From assembly GCA_900769695.1 (NCBI GenBank), contig CAAGHO010000049.1, forward strand, positions 11,347-75,346: a stretch of DNA of 64,000 nucleotides, in the 5' to 3' direction. Positions 63,541 through 64,000 of the stretch are shown piece by piece. How positions within the stretch are numbered: position 1 is the stretch's first letter; each line of letters begins with the position of its first letter. The stretch is from Bacilli bacterium. Lineage in GTDB: Bacteria; Bacillota_I; Bacilli_A; RF39; UBA660. The notes beneath the pieces were generated by a model, which was not told the origin of the DNA, did not search any database, and worked only from the letters and a program-made list of their open reading frames with translations. The position numbers and the translations under genes were made by a program.

Positions 63541-64000
63541 TATAGCCTTTTTAACGCCTATAGTCTATACGGTGTACGCCTAAACGATTAAACGGTTTTA
63601 AATAGGTTTTACGTGCGTTATATCGCATTATCAATATATTGATAATATCGCAGATAGCAAAACATCTATATCAAGCTTTTAATGTCGCCATATACCTATA
63701 CACGCCATATAAAGCCCGATACAAGCCTTTATGCACCTTTTAAAGCGTTTTAAACCCTTTACACGGTACTTTATACAGGTATAAGCGTAAAACGTCTTAT
63801 AATGGTTTTAAACGCTTTATAAACAAGGTTTAACATAAATACAAACAAGGTTTAGTGATCTGCTTATATATGCATATAAACCCACAAAAAAAGCAGTATA
63901 AGCCCCATACAGTACGCAAGGCATAAAGACCCCATAGCAACGCAAAAAAGCCTATAAAACCCCTTATATAGCGTTATAGGTATATCGTTCATTTTTAGTT
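63520..64000. other. ORF-free region of phased T-tracts alternating with short G/C clusters
   Basis: TTT(T)A tracts start at 63728, 63738, 63748, 63758, 63770 and at 63806, 63816, 63829; no ORF of 60 aa or more in the track beyond 63007. Confidence 0.6.
63621..63652. repeat. 18-bp perfect palindrome flanked by direct TATCGCA repeats
   Basis: TATCGCA-TTATCAATATATTGATAA-TATCGCA. Confidence 0.8.

Noticed and set aside
1-64000. tRNA, rRNA or tmRNA genes
   Set aside because: I saw no cloverleaf-compatible segment with a GTTCGAATC-type T-arm in any intergenic region. This was checked by eye only; a tRNAscan-SE/ARAGORN run would be decisive.

Overview
AT-rich 64-kb stretch of a large tailed-phage genome. 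The host is probably a low-GC, spore-forming Firmicute; this is an inference from the CW_binding-type endolysin repeats, a SleB-like hydrolase and sigma-A-like promoters. 1-24.8 kb, + strand: partial MazF-like toxin, XhlA-like/holin pair, RuvC-like resolvase, a 1553-aa tape measure gene interrupted by a group I intron, baseplate and tail-fibre genes with two paralogous receptor-binding proteins, an NlpC/P60 endolysin and two small membrane proteins. 24.9-51 kb, mostly - strand: nucleotide metabolism and replication (dUTPase, NrdD/NrdG, RecD-like helicase, DnaE-type Pol III alpha, RecJ-like, SSB, primase, DnaB-like helicase, Sak4-like ATPase, a second SSB-like protein). nrdD and dnaE are each split by a group I intron carrying an HNH endonuclease. 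All three splice junctions can be placed to the nucleotide from P1/P10 pairings and from the catalytic motifs they restore. 51-55 kb: SleB-like hydrolase, HPr/Crh-like protein, tyrosine recombinase, two-domain sigma factor. 55.5-63 kb: an early region of mostly single-gene units, each with a near-consensus promoter and a terminator (split ArdC, RadC-like JAB, DUF262/ParB-like protein, many unknowns). Four non-coding structures remain unexplained: an orphan promoter-to-terminator unit of about 380 nt inside the tail module; two long ORF-free spacers sharing a covarying motif; a three-copy intergenic repeat family with ordered short motifs; and a final ORF-free kilobase with phased T-tracts and palindromes. 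No rRNA, tRNA or CRISPR array was recognised. All family assignments are by-eye motif recognition, not database searches.
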